This document shows, piece after piece, positions 11,471 to 24,500 of a stretch of DNA of 64,000 nt (the first letter of the stretch is position 1; the number at the start of each line of letters is the position of its first letter). Made by a program: the position numbers and the translations under genes. The DNA is from Perna viridis (lineage: Eukaryota), in the NCBI GenBank assembly GCA_037379345.1, contig CM074517.1:10788001-10852000 (forward strand), read 5' to 3'. The notes beneath the pieces were generated by a model. It did not search any database. It saw only the letters and a list, made by a program, of their open reading frames with translations, and was not told the DNA's origin.

Positions 11471-13079
11471 CAACAAACAAATAATACAATTTAGCTCAAT
11501 TACGGAGTTGAACTACACCAACTCCGGTTCACGGAAAGGTACTTTTTTTATATATAAATATCGCTATGTAGCAGAAACTCCAAAGATCAATGATTTTAAA
11601 GAGACGGCAATGCTTCACGTAGAGTTGTTTTTCATTTCACTTCTGTCGACAGGACATCTTTTTGGCATATTGCACTTGATTTTCTTTGGTTTTGACCACC
11701 ACCACAAAAAAACCCTACATTTTTTTTATTAAATGCCCTAGTATATAGTATTCGGAATTATCTTCTGTGCAAGCGAAAGAAAGCCGATGAAAACTGTCTT
11801 GATGCATCTCTCGATAAAAGTACAAATATTAATAGTAAATATTCAAATTCCCCATCGATCTTAAAAACAACTTAGAAATAAACAGAAAACCCAGTCCATG
11901 TTATAGAATAAAAAATTATCACCAGAAACTCGGTTCTCAGTTCGTATAATTAAAACATCCAATAATATGGTAGGTAGAATGGTACTATTTATTTCCCATA
12001 GGCGACAATAGTAAAACTTCTGAAAAATTCACTCCTTTAAAACAATGACGGTTCTACCGGTACTGTGACATAAAGGCTAAAAACCACCAATTCCACTTTC
12101 CATAGGCTTCTATGCTAATTTCACAATATTCAATGGCTTCTCTGGACTTTACCTTAACTTTAACCTGCAGAGGACTATATATCAGCATGATTCTACATAT
12201 GTCAGCTCACAATCCTCAGAATGGCATGTGGGGTTAGCAGACTTGCAGTGCAGTACTGGTCACCGGAAGTGAAGGGTCTATAAATAGCATGGGAAATCCC
12301 AGTGTTTTCACAAGATGGGGGTATATTTAAAAATCATTATGGAGATTAGGCTTCACATCACAAGAAGCAAAATGCACCTATAAAATGTACAGAAATGTTT
12401 TTCCTTTCAGAAACTGTTTAAATTTTTTAAATAGGATGAGAGCTTTTTTCACAGCACTATGAGGAACAGGGGTAATTTCTGCGTAGGACTTTTTTTGCGT
12501 ACGTTCCAAATGCTCATTGGTTGAATTGGTGGTCTGTAACCTAAATACCATATTAATTTACGTAAAAATGCAGTTTTTAATTCAGCTACAATCCAAGCCA
12601 TGTATCAACCGAGAGTCAAAAAGTAAACAATGACATTACAATCAAAGATAAAGGCCCCCGATGAATATTTTCAAGTCCCTACCATGTATTTGTTACCTAA
12701 CTTAAACAAGAATCCCTCCTTGATCTGGTTCATCTCAGCCTCAGTAAGTATACTACAACAAAAATTTCTGCACTTTTAACTAGTTTTCTCACTAAATTAA
12801 AGGAACTAATGATAAATTATTGTAATAAAGCCTATGATTGGGTTTGGAAATAATGATGTTAACTATTTTTAGAGTGTGAAAAAAACTCGCTGGAAGTTTT
12901 GGATGAATTAAATGCTTTAGATATATATACACGTAGAAAGCGCGAACAGTTATGATTTCTCCACACTTCCATATTACTTCATTAAACAGAAATTTTCTTA
13001 TCTTTTCAAATAGTGTTTCGATAATACAGATCAAAAATACATTTGCTGTGAACGGCCATCGAGACAAATATAAGAATTG

Positions 13080-14230
13080 TTTTTATTGAACCTGTGAGGA
13101 CATGCATGATTAATTCAGTAAATTTTCTTCTTGACAACATTTAAATCCATTTTGGCGATAAAATTAATCGGCAGGTTGTGGGTATTCTGATAGGCACAAA
13201 TTGTGCTCCCTAAATATCAGATCTAATTGTACGCCCTAAATATCAGATCTATACCTGTACTAGTATGATTCTTATACACTGAACTCATCTTGAACTTTGT
13301 GAAAGAACTATTAAACGCCACCGGAATATTAGAAAAGGGGTTTGTTTCAGTTGAACCAGATTGTGTTTAGCTATGGCTTTGTACCAGATGAGCAGGAAGC
13401 AGAATTAGTAGAAAGCAGAAGAATGGGAACAAAAATGGCACATAGCATTCCAACCCGACAAATGTAATGTTTTCTCGATCTCCAGTAACAAAAACCCTGT
13501 CAAATATACCTACACATTACATGGCCATATTTCGGTGGCGTTTAATAGTTCTTTCACAAAGTTCAAGGTTAACGAATCCCATGTAATATTATAATGTTAA
13601 TGTGCCATTGAACGTCGTTGCTTTTTATCTTTGTATTTGCACGAAGACCTTGTTTTGACATTTTATGATATGTTTTCACTAAATCCTTTTGGAGTGTTTT
13701 TATTGATACATTTGTTTAAATAAACAAGGTGTGCTTGACAGTTGCTTTTGGACTTTGAACTAGCATGCAGAAAAAGAGTATTCTGTCAATGTAGACACAG
13801 CTTGTTTTCTTGTATGTCCTATTTGTTTAAGTGTTTATATTCTCTATCGATCTGAGGGAGTTCAATCCAAATTCAACAGATTAACATAGTTCGTTTTATT
13901 GTTCTATTTCCCCACCACAGTCCCAGGTTAGAGGGAGGGTTGAGCGTCCACAAACAGATTTAACCCCGCAACTTACTTAATGTGCCTGTCCAAAGCCAGG
14001 AATCTGTAGTCCAGTGGTTGTTTTCTTATGTTCGTCTTTATTCGTTTATTTTCTTTTTGGATTAGGTCGATTTCCGTCTTTTATGAATAATTTTACTTGA
14101 TTTATTTAGGGGTATGGGTTTTGCCCATTATTGAAGACCATGCGGTGACCTTTAGAAGTTTAATTGTTCATTGCTGGACTTTTGGCGGTTGACTGTCACA
14201 TTGGCAATAATACCACATCTCCTTGTTTAT
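13080..14230 (+). mobile_element. Decayed Penelope-like element remnant (RT fragment plus 3' non-coding repeat), interrupted by an inverted-repeat insert
   Basis: 13151-13210 reads FGDKINRQVVGILIGTNCAP, resembling the PLE RT motif QxxGIPMGTNCAP. 13880-14230 resembles a common mussel interspersed repeat. Confidence 0.5.
13289..13567. mobile_element. 279-bp inverted-repeat element carrying a LINE RT fragment
   Basis: 41-bp IRs (13289-13329 and 13527-13567, 1 mismatch). The interior encodes EEWEQKWHIAFQPDKCNVFSISSNKNPVKYTYTLHGH. Confidence 0.75.
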
Positions 14231-14244
14231 ATGGTATATTATGT

Positions 14245-14382
14245 GTTATTCCGGCCTAAGACAGGGTATATAATGTCACATTCACGGATTTACTAAACAT
14301 TATGATTTCGTCTTCGGCTCATGGAATATAAACCATGAACCGTGAATGTGACATAAAATACCCTGTCTAAGGCCGGAATAAC
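14245..14382. mobile_element. 138-bp foldback MITE
   Basis: About 43-bp imperfect IRs gttattccggcctaagacagggta...taccctgtctaaggccggaataac; flanks tattatgt / tattctgt (7/8). Confidence 0.75.
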
Positions 14383-15041
14383 TATTCTGTTACAGTAAAC
14401 ATTATATTTGAAAAAAAATCGGGATATAAAATTGAAAGTTTTTACTTGTACATTAAGCGAAGTCTCCCATACTTTTCTTTTTATTCTTTACATTTTTTTT
14501 TTGTATTTTTTTTTATTTGAATTTGAATATTTGAAACGAGAGAAAATAGAAAGTTGGGTTTTTGTCACTGAAACACATGTCTCCATTGAAGTTGTCTGCC
14601 TTGTTACCGAAATGTAAACTACAACTTCAAGATTTATCTTTCTTGGATAAGAGCTCCTATAATCACACACTTCATGTAAGCAAAAGTTGGAAAACACAGT
14701 TTAGTCAAAACTACATGGAGAAACACAATTAACAAATAAATGTGAAATGGACTGAACCTGTAATTTTTTGGTAGGTCCAAACTGTTACCACAGAATCAGC
14801 CGTTCTAAAACACCGGTGTTAAGGTTTAAACTATCTATGGCATATTTATTGAATTGTTTTCAAAGTATTATGCAATTGAGTACCTACCATGACGTGGCTA
14901 CAATTGTTTTATCACGTGTAAGTCTGTACTGTTACTATCTTTTATGTTACTGCTAAACACGACTTCAATAACAGCACAAACAAAAACAAAGTATTCATAG
15001 AAAAAATACTTTTTTGAACAAATTTAGCAATGTATTTAAGA

Positions 15042-15405
15042 ACCACTGGGTCGATACCGCTGCTGATGGACCTGAGGACCCCGAGGGTATTCACCGACCA
15101 AGTAGTCAGACTTGTCTTACCCCGAATTATATCATTTTATCTACGCTATTTATGAAATATTGCAGTATTCCAAACTTAAAAATACGTGTAACACGGAGGC
15201 TTCATTCCTTGCATCGCATATGGTAGAACCTCTCGATGGGTTTTGCTCCCTCTTTCGGTAGTTTTGGGTTAGAGTACTCCCTGTATACAACTTATATTTC
15301 GATTTTGATCTCCCTACATATTTGGTTTTAATGCTGCTGATGAGAGATTACTCCTTGAAACACGTGTACAGCATATAGAAATTTACAATTAAAACTGGTA
15401 TTTTT
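15042..15405 (+). mobile_element. Retrozyme/Penelope-associated repeat monomer (about 360 bp) containing the hammerhead
   Basis: Starts accactgggtcgat..., a recurrent mussel repeat head, and ends just after the hammerhead. Boundaries are approximate. Confidence 0.55.
15331..15374 (+). ncRNA. Type I hammerhead ribozyme
   Basis: Stem I atgctg/cagcat; core CUGAUGA; short stem II gag...ctt; GAAA; palindromic stem III cacgtg; GUA cleavage triplet ending at 15368. Confidence 0.72.
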
Positions 15406-16115
15406 GTATTTAAGGCTACGTTTATCGTTTTAAACACAAGTGTGAAAATAAATTTCTTTTTTTTTCAAATATAAATGTATTAAAATACTATTTCAGAGAG
15501 TTCCAGTAACATGATGGACACCATTTGGTAACATATAAGACAATCATCCAAACTTTCCAATCACTAAGATTTCACAAATTATAAAAAATCATTGAAATTC
15601 TAACACATTATTAAAATTAGAAAACTAATTTACTACTGACAAAAAAAATATATATACAATTAATGTATACAAATTAAAATGTATGATTTTTGATTTAGTC
15701 GGTAAGAGAATAGACACAGTAACAGCAGAAAATGAATTATAAATCAAGTGTGTCTCAAATGATATTTTGGCATTTTTTTTCTTCAAGAATTTTTGTGAAA
15801 GTTTATACCATTTTTATTACATGCATGGTTGAAATGATTTTCATTCAAAATTGTCCGTTCTGATAAAATTTTGTCCATTGTGTTTCTACAATGCCCTTCA
15901 TGTTACACCTTATCCGATCGATTTTGCGCGAAAAATAACGAATTTGCCTATCTTATTCACTTTATACATTTGTATATACATTGCTTCATGGTGAAGTCAA
16001 ACCTGGAAGCACTGATACGTTTTTGCTCAAACCGCGTAAAAATGTCTTATAAATTTCCAAAATTTTGAATGTCGATAGAGAACATTTGATGTATATCATT
16101 AACTGAAAAAAAATG

Positions 16116-16218
16116 TTTTCTTCAGGATTGAATAATTTTTGTAGTCTTGACAATTATGCAGCATTTTTTCTTCAGGATCGAATAATTTTTGTAGTCTTGA
16201 CAATTATGCAGCATTTTT
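16116..16218. repeat. Tandem duplication of about 50 bp
   Basis: ttttcttcaggat(t/c)gaataatttttgtagtcttgacaattatgcagcattttt occurs twice. Confidence 0.85.
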
Positions 16219-19200
16219 TTTTTTTTTTAGAATTTAGATTTTTTGTTGATTTTTAATATTGGTAACAAGATGGATAAGATCTATTGTAACATTTTTTTAA
16301 AAGATCTATAGAGTTATACTAAGGTTAATCCGTGCATAAGAAGCCTACAGATGAGAGTACACCATTTTGCACCCACAAATTTTTGGGTGTATAAAAATAT
16401 TTATAGACTACAAAAATTAACACCTTAAAGGATGTAAATTTTACAGCTGTAATGAGGTTTGGCAGAAATTTTGCACAATTGGAAATTGTTTTGTTGTACT
16501 TCTTCACACCTTTATTATGGATAATCAAGTAAACAGAACCCACAATTCAGTCATAAGATACGAGTTTTATCACTGATCACCAGTATACAACTGACTTGGA
16601 AGAGCAGCCAGTTAAGATACAACGATAGGCTGTCCAGAGGTGTGCCCATCCTTATATAAGGAAAAAACAATTTAGTTTTAATAAAATCTTTCCCCCCTAA
16701 TTCTATCCCTATGAAATTGGTTCTGGAGTCTCATTACTTGATCCAATTTTCAATAGGGACAAAAGGATCATCTCCAAGCATACACTACACATATGAACAT
16801 ACCAAATGTGGATTAAAACAGAACCAAGTTAGCATATTTTTTTTTGGTTACTTCACATTCAATGATAAAATTCCGGATAAGAGATGGTCCTTCCTGGATT
16901 AAAAGACATCTACAAAGGAACTTCCTTTGGTAGTTAACTGGACAATCAAAGAGGTTTAAATTTTCTATCAGACAATTCGCATATGTTGATTAATTTAATG
17001 GGCATTTCATTCTCTATTGAATAGAAAGGGAAGACAAACTCTATTTCCTGAATATCATCATTGTATGCACAGTAAAAGTAAAGAAAGAAAAACACATTCT
17101 CATGTATAAGTGGTTTTTATAAGTGATTTTTCACATCTTCACCATTAATAATCTAACAATAAATTAGCACTGCATATATTAAATATGTACACTGTACTTT
17201 TAAAGTACTGCAGTTCAATAACAAACATAACAAGTTATTTTGAAAAGATAGCTCAAATGTCAAAGGTCACTCAAATCAAAAAGAGGCATAAAAATGTAAA
17301 TGAAAAACATACCAAGCAAAAATGACATGACAAAAACATTAAATGACTATAAAATAATGATAATAGTAAGTTGAGTATGAAGTACATGTACTAAACTTTA
17401 AAACTGGATGATTAAATAAAATATACATGGTAGGTAATGTGACCTCAGTTACTGATAAAAAATATGACACAATCTAAGAGCCATCTCTTTAGAGCAGGTC
17501 GAAAATACGTTTTATGCCATTTAAGCAAGTTCCATGGGCAGAAACCTAAAAATGTACCTAATCTTGTTCAATGGTACAAGGTCTAAGAAATTTTCACATT
17601 CTCATACATATCACAAATACTTTTAAAATAAAGGTATTCAGGTTTACTTCTCACTTATACATACACTCACTGAAATTTACATCTTTGATTCAAGTGACCT
17701 TTGACTTTTTTTGTAATAAGCACTGAAAACCGGTTTATTTACAGAAGATTAACATAATGGTATATAGATATATATCTTTAAATGGTGCATATTTATGTGC
17801 GTATATACATAATGTCTCATTAACAAAATTTACACATGTGAAACAAAATCACAGGCAATAAATTGAGAGAAAAAAAACATAGCTTCTATAAAAATAGAGA
17901 GATATCGTAACAGCCACTAAAATAAAAGTGTAATTCACGTCCTTTGCATGCATTCATATAATGAGCAAGTAAACAATTCACTTTTAAATAGAAATATTAG
18001 TCGGAACCCATGTCTAAGGCTCATTAGATTTTTTAGGCTAGAGCCAAAGAAATTTGTTAGCTTATAAAAATGTTGGAGTATAATGGTATGACATCAAATG
18101 GTAAAATATTTACATTTTTTGTATGTATTGACTATAAATTTTCTGGTTTAATCTCCACTCTTTAAGGATTGTGGCAAGAACATTATTAAGTAAATTTTAA
18201 CCTTTTCTAAAAAAACAAAAAACAAAAAAGTTTGTGTTTTGCAGCATAAGCTAATTCTAAAAACTGAGTGAATGTTAATGATTTCACTTAACTTTTATCT
18301 TTACTTCATGAGGAAATGTAAATTTGTATTTCTAAGCTGTAAATTTGCCTTTATGCCCATCTATTCAAACATATATAATGGATAGCTTAAAATGTGTTTA
18401 AAGTTGCATGTTTTCAGAAAAATAACCTATTTTTGTTATTGGCTACAAATATTACAAAAAGTCTCACTGCACAGAAGACTGCAGTCTTACTAAACAATAG
18501 TAAAAATCGACAACGAAAAACAGAACACAAAATTTACACAAGAACCTAGGTTCAGATAATACATGTTGATGATCTTAGCACCTTGGTTGAGAGAAAAAAA
18601 TGAATAGCAAAATTTGTTTCTGTATATATCATTCATTCTCAAGATATCTAATTGTTGATAAGGATAACATGTCTAAGTAACTTCTGAATATTGAACTACA
18701 ATATTGTAATGTATGAATTAGTATTAAACGATAATCGTAATAACCAGAACTTAAAACACCGAAAATTCTACGATTAGGACTTGCACATAAAATTGTCATA
18801 TTATTATTGTAGGTCCAAATATTTAATTATATTCTTGTGATTTCCCAATCTTTTTCATTTCTAATTTGGTGAATATTCCAAATTACAAATCTTCATATTT
18901 TGTCTTTGAACCCATTATGTGTCACATAATTTGCCATTACAAACATTAATATTTCTTAATTTACAATAGCTGATCTTTACAAATAAGAATAAGCAAACAT
19001 GTAACCTGTATAATAAAAGAAATGAGAATCTCAGAAGCCTGTAAAATCTGATACAGTTCCGTAATTGATTATTTCTATTTAGAGAAATTTTCCTTCTTTA
19101 ACAATTCTCAGCATTGTCAAGTTAATGCAGAAATTATTGCTAGAAACTATTTCACATGCTGTTGTTTTTGTGAACATATACAATACACAGAAATTATTAC

Positions 19201-21444
19201 AACATATGTTTTTCAAAACACATAAAAAAATTTCACAGACATTTTTCATATGTAAAGGACTATCATGAAAAACATAATTTCACGGTAAACAAATTAACCC
19301 TAAACAAATTAATTCATGTAAACACGAAAATAAAATATAATGTGGTTGAAATAAGTTTTCCATTACACTTTTTACATGAAAAGAGAATGGTTCTTTTAGA
19401 CTAAATAAAAATTTATGTCTCTGCGCTATACACATATATTTCCATAAAGGTCCTAAGCATACATTTTCATATGTTGCAACATTTCTTGTGTGTTGTAGGA
19501 AAAAATATCAATAAGGCCAAATCACAAAGACATGAGTTTCCTATTACCCTACCCACCCTTTACCCTTACTTTCAATAAGCACAGTTAAAAGTCAGGATGC
19601 AATGTAAAAAAACAAATCCCTACCTACCTACCTATCCTATTTTTTTAAAGTGTGATAGGAAACACACATATTTTTTTGTGTGCCCTAAACAGATAATAAT
19701 TAGGCATCTTCAGTCGTTGATTTTATTGCTTTCCTTGTAACAGCTTCAGAAAATTATCACCCATAATCTTTAATTTGTTTGTTTTTAAACTAGTTTATTT
19801 CAACAGCCTGTATATTCTGGCATAATTTGTGATGGTTTACAAATGTTCTATTGTGTTAGTATATGTAAAGATATTATTGGTATAGTAAAGCAGGGTCCAA
19901 CAACAAAAAATATTTATAAACATAAAATTAGCATTTAAATAAGATCAAACTTATATACTATTGTAAAAACTAAAAAAAATAAGCACTAATGTCTAAACAA
20001 AACAAACAATATAAAACAAATGCTGGTAAATAAATGCAAGTTATCAGAAGCAATAGTAAAATACATCAAATAATGTTTATATCAATTAATAAAATAGATA
20101 CAATTGACAAACTCTATGCCACAAATAAACTTCATGCTTTATCGACATCACAGATGCCTTATATTAATCTTTAAGTGTTTCTCATCTTACACAAAACATT
20201 AAAGAACAGAATGTCATCATTTTATGGTTCAGGAGGGAAAAAAAACTGCATTTCATGTCTTTTCTACAATTTCAAATGAACACAAAATAATACATTCAAT
20301 CATTATAATCTAAATATATCAAATGTCCTGAATTGGACTTCTTTCTAATGAGACATCACAGTCAAGTAGAACATTTAATCTATGAGAAATAGTCATAAAT
20401 AATTTGACCAATCAGAAGTTACATTAAATGGAATTGTAAATTATGATAATATATAATTACATAAATCAGTTAGGCCATACAAAAAAAAAATGCCTAAGTT
20501 CTCAGGCCACTTTTTAAAAAAATTGATGCGGGAGAGAGTTTTTTTTTTTTTTTTTTTTTTTAATCAGAAGCAAATTTCCTTTTTTTATTTGAGAAATTTC
20601 ATCGAATTGAACAATGCTGTAAATGTACAGGATGTTGAGAAGTTAAATAAAATATTCCATGGCATTAAAACTTTACTGGAATATGAAATGTGGCAAGAAA
20701 TAAGAGCAATCTCTTTGTCACGAGACAAACTTTCGTTTTTAATGATCTATGTTAAATACAGCCTCATACACATCATACTTTTTACCTTTCTGTCAAGCAT
20801 GCAGACAATTCCAATAACTAATTAAAAGTCAATTACAAACTAGATATGAAAACTTCCAGATTTTACTGTAATAAAAACCGCAGATGCAGGAGGGTTTTTA
20901 GGAATGTGGCGGGGCCTGAGAACCTAGCATACTTTTTTTTGCCTTACGAAATAGAGTAACAAAAATAATTAATACTTCATTAGCAAATTGGTATTAATAA
21001 GTACAAGCAGTCAAATCTTATAACATTTATAAAGCTTACATTTTTAATAGAGATTTATGAATATGTAAAATATTAATTTGATTTTAAGCAATGCATGCCC
21101 TATGCCTTTAGATTTAATAACATTTACACAACCACTAAGTTTGACAACCTTTATAAGGAAATGCTACGAAAATCTCAATTTGACCCTTTTGTAAGGGACT
21201 GTTAGCTTCACTTTTGAGTGAGAATAGTGGTTAACCCTTAAAACTGTCTATAATAAAATCATCAAGATCTATTTGGAAGCTACTATTTCTTCTGAGAAAA
21301 CTCTGATATGTCTATGCTTGTGAAAAGTTATCTCCCCCTTGTAATTTTATCACAGTGCCATGGATAAAAAATCAAAAGTGACATTGCACAGGTAATAGGT
21401 AATATATACCAATAATGGCTTTACAGTACAATAAAACATTTAAT

Positions 21445-21568
21445 TTATTTTATTTTCTTCTTCTTTGCCACACTATCTTTATCTATCTGCATCATTGATG
21501 CTTGTCTGTCTAGTTCTATCAGAGCTTCATGTATAGCTGCCTCCAAGTTTGAATTCATCTTTCTTCCC
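21445..21568 (-). CDS. MBD5: MBD5-like last coding exon
   Basis: [22 protein letters not shown]...KKKKIK*. Confidence 0.88.
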
Positions 21569-24500
21569 CTACAATAAAATAGTAAATATATTATAAAGAA
21601 AACTGTGATTAGATTTTTAGGATAACACATCTTCAGTGTGTTAGTGTTTCAGCCATGCCATCAACTAACTTTTCTAAAATGATCAAGGATTACAATTAAC
21701 ATAATTATGACAAGAATTTATTCAAGATCAATAAAGAAGTTTAAGAGACACTATAAAAAAGTTATCTATATTTTCTTTCATGATTAAAAAAAAGCTTGGA
21801 CAAAAATATTCAAAACATAAGAAGTGTAAACCGTATTCGAAAAACACTGATCTTATAGAACTGAAAATAATATCTTTTTTTTCCTTTTCCATGTGTTGCT
21901 GTATACGAATTAAGATTGAATATCTGTTCACATTATTTTCTATTTGCAAACTTGTACATTGGCTATATTTATTTATATCATATCAAATTCTTCCCAAGTC
22001 TTGACTTCATTGTCTACTACTTCACAAAGCAGCACTGTAATATGCAAATGATTTCTACAAAACATTTCTAAGTGGTCAATACATACTTAAAAAATCTTAC
22101 AAACTATACATTTACAGAATGAACTTCACTCACATACCAAGACATATATGTACATGTAACATGTCAAACTATTGATTTCTTTTTACCATACACTACTGTT
22201 AACACTTATTTTAATTTCTCCACTCTTCACAGTGTAAAGACACTAATGGAGACAGCATCTCCAAGAAACACAGTGGAGCTATAACACATTCATTCTATGT
22301 ATTACATACAAATATATAAAACAATAGTTACTTTAGATTGTGATACTGACAATTTCAACTGGATTCTATCAACTGGTAGGGTAAGCTTGAGTTGAGATAT
22401 TTAACATGATATTGTCATTATCAGAAGTAGTTATTCTGTTCATCTAATAATAGCATTTTTCAGGGGCTGCTCTGGCTTTCAAAATTCTGTTGCCAGAAAA
22501 ATCGCCAGCTGCAAAATTTTGTCGCCAATTTTCAGAAATTAGAGCCAAAATGGGAGCTAAAATCTTTTTTTTTCAGTTTTTTTTTTAAAATATGACAGTA
22601 TCAAGTCATGAATTCATCAAAATAACCCCTTCATTCATGACATACATGTATCTAAGATTCACTCTTGATGCATGTATAAAGCAGGTTTTCAGCTCTAGTC
22701 TTAGAATATAAAATCATTTGTCACTTTATATGGAAAATAATAAAGTACTACTCCAGAAAAAGGTGTTTTATTTCTATCAAGGACTTTATATTACTATGCT
22801 TGTATAGTCCCTAATTTTAAATCATGTTCATTGTTGACCATTGTCCTTTGTGGTCTAAATTAAGTTTATCCTAAAATTTAATTTTGTTTTTATTTATAAA
22901 CTTGATTCTATTTTCAAGTGATAAAATTTCAAATAAAAAATTGCAAATTGCGACATTGGCGAAGCCCAGCACGATCCCGGCATTTTTGTATCATTTCAAT
23001 GTACTTTTTGGTGTGTGATGTCATTTTCATTCATAACTAAAGAAAGTCTGATTATGTCACAATCACTAACAATGTTTTGACACATATTTTTGAATATCTT
23101 GTCATGTTTGAGAGACAGAAAAATATCTGTCATCAAAATCAAAGGAAAAATGTACAAATTACTGATAAATATTCAGTCATTCTACCCATTATACCCTCAT
23201 TCTTTAGAGTGAGGTTTATATTACAATCACCTTGTCCATCTGTTTGTCTGTTACACATTATATCCTGATTCTCTAGAGTGAGGGTGATATTACAAACACC
23301 TTGTACATCTGTTTGTCTGTTACACATTTTACCCTGATTCTTTAGAGTGAGGGTGATATTACAATCACCTTGTACATCTGTTTGTCTGTTACACATTATA
23401 CCCTGATTCTTTAGAGTGAGTTTTATATTACAATCACCTTGTACATCTGTTTGTTACACATTATACCCTGATTCTCTAGAGTGAGGGTGATATTACTATC
23501 ACTTTGTCCATCTGTTTGTCTGTTACACATTATATCCTGATTCTTTAGAGTGAGGGTGATATTACTATGATCTTGTCCATCTGTTTGTCTGTTACATTAT
23601 ACCCCAATTCTTTAGAGTGAGGGTGATATTACAATCATCTTGTTCATCTGTTAGTCTGTTACACATTATACCCCGATTCTTTAGAGTGAGGTTTATATTA
23701 CAATCACCTTGCATTGTACATCTGTTTGTCTGTTACACATTATACCCCGATTCTTTAGCGTGAGGTTGATATTACTATCACCTTGTCCATCTGTTCGTCT
23801 GTTACACATTATTGTAACAGATTTTTTCAGCTTCTACTTTGGTATAATGCTTTCTCAGAATCACTCGTTTCAGTTAAGTAGCCACAAGATCATTGAAAAG
23901 TATTAAAATAAAGCAAGTTTATCTCAGGCTTTTTATGACCATTTTTTTTCTCTTGTGGAGACTCAGTGGAGAAAAATAGTGACTCCAAAGTGAAGAGTGG
24001 AGAATTATGGTAGTGCATTCATGTATTGACTCTAGATAGACTAACTTGGCTTTTTATGACCATTTTTTTTCTCTTGTGGAGACTCAGTGGAGAAAAATAG
24101 TGACTCCAAAGTGAAGAGTGGAGAATTATGGTAGTGCATTCATGTATTGACTCTAGATATACCAACTTGACTTTTTATGACCATTTTTTTTCTCTTGTGG
24201 AGACTCAGTGGAGAAAAATAGTGACTCCAAAGTGAAGAGTGGAGAATTATGGTAGTGCATTCATGTATTAACTCTAGATATACTAACTTTTTATTCTTCT
24301 TCTTAGCTTTCTGATGGCCTTCAAGTCCTTCTGTTAGAGTCTTCAACTTCTGCATTTCAACTTGTGTAAATGTATGATCACCAAACCATTTAACCCAACA
24401 CTGTAAATAAAAAAGCATATACGTGTGGTTAACTGTGAACTAACCTATTTTTGTAAGAAATTTATTTTAGCTAATTAAAATAGCAAGAAAAAATATCACG

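Noticed and set aside
8579-20825. Short 60-110-aa ORFs in the intergenic region (other than the LINE fragment)
   Set aside because: They show AT-biased F/I/K/L/Y composition, often non-ATG starts, and no domains or splice-consistent structure.
23187-24290. CRISPR-like appearance of the tandem arrays and their ORFs (23077-23268, 23139-23396, 23709-23906)
   Set aside because: Whole units repeat with no unique spacers, there are no cas genes, and the arrays are intronic in a eukaryotic gene. The ORFs are repeat artefacts.
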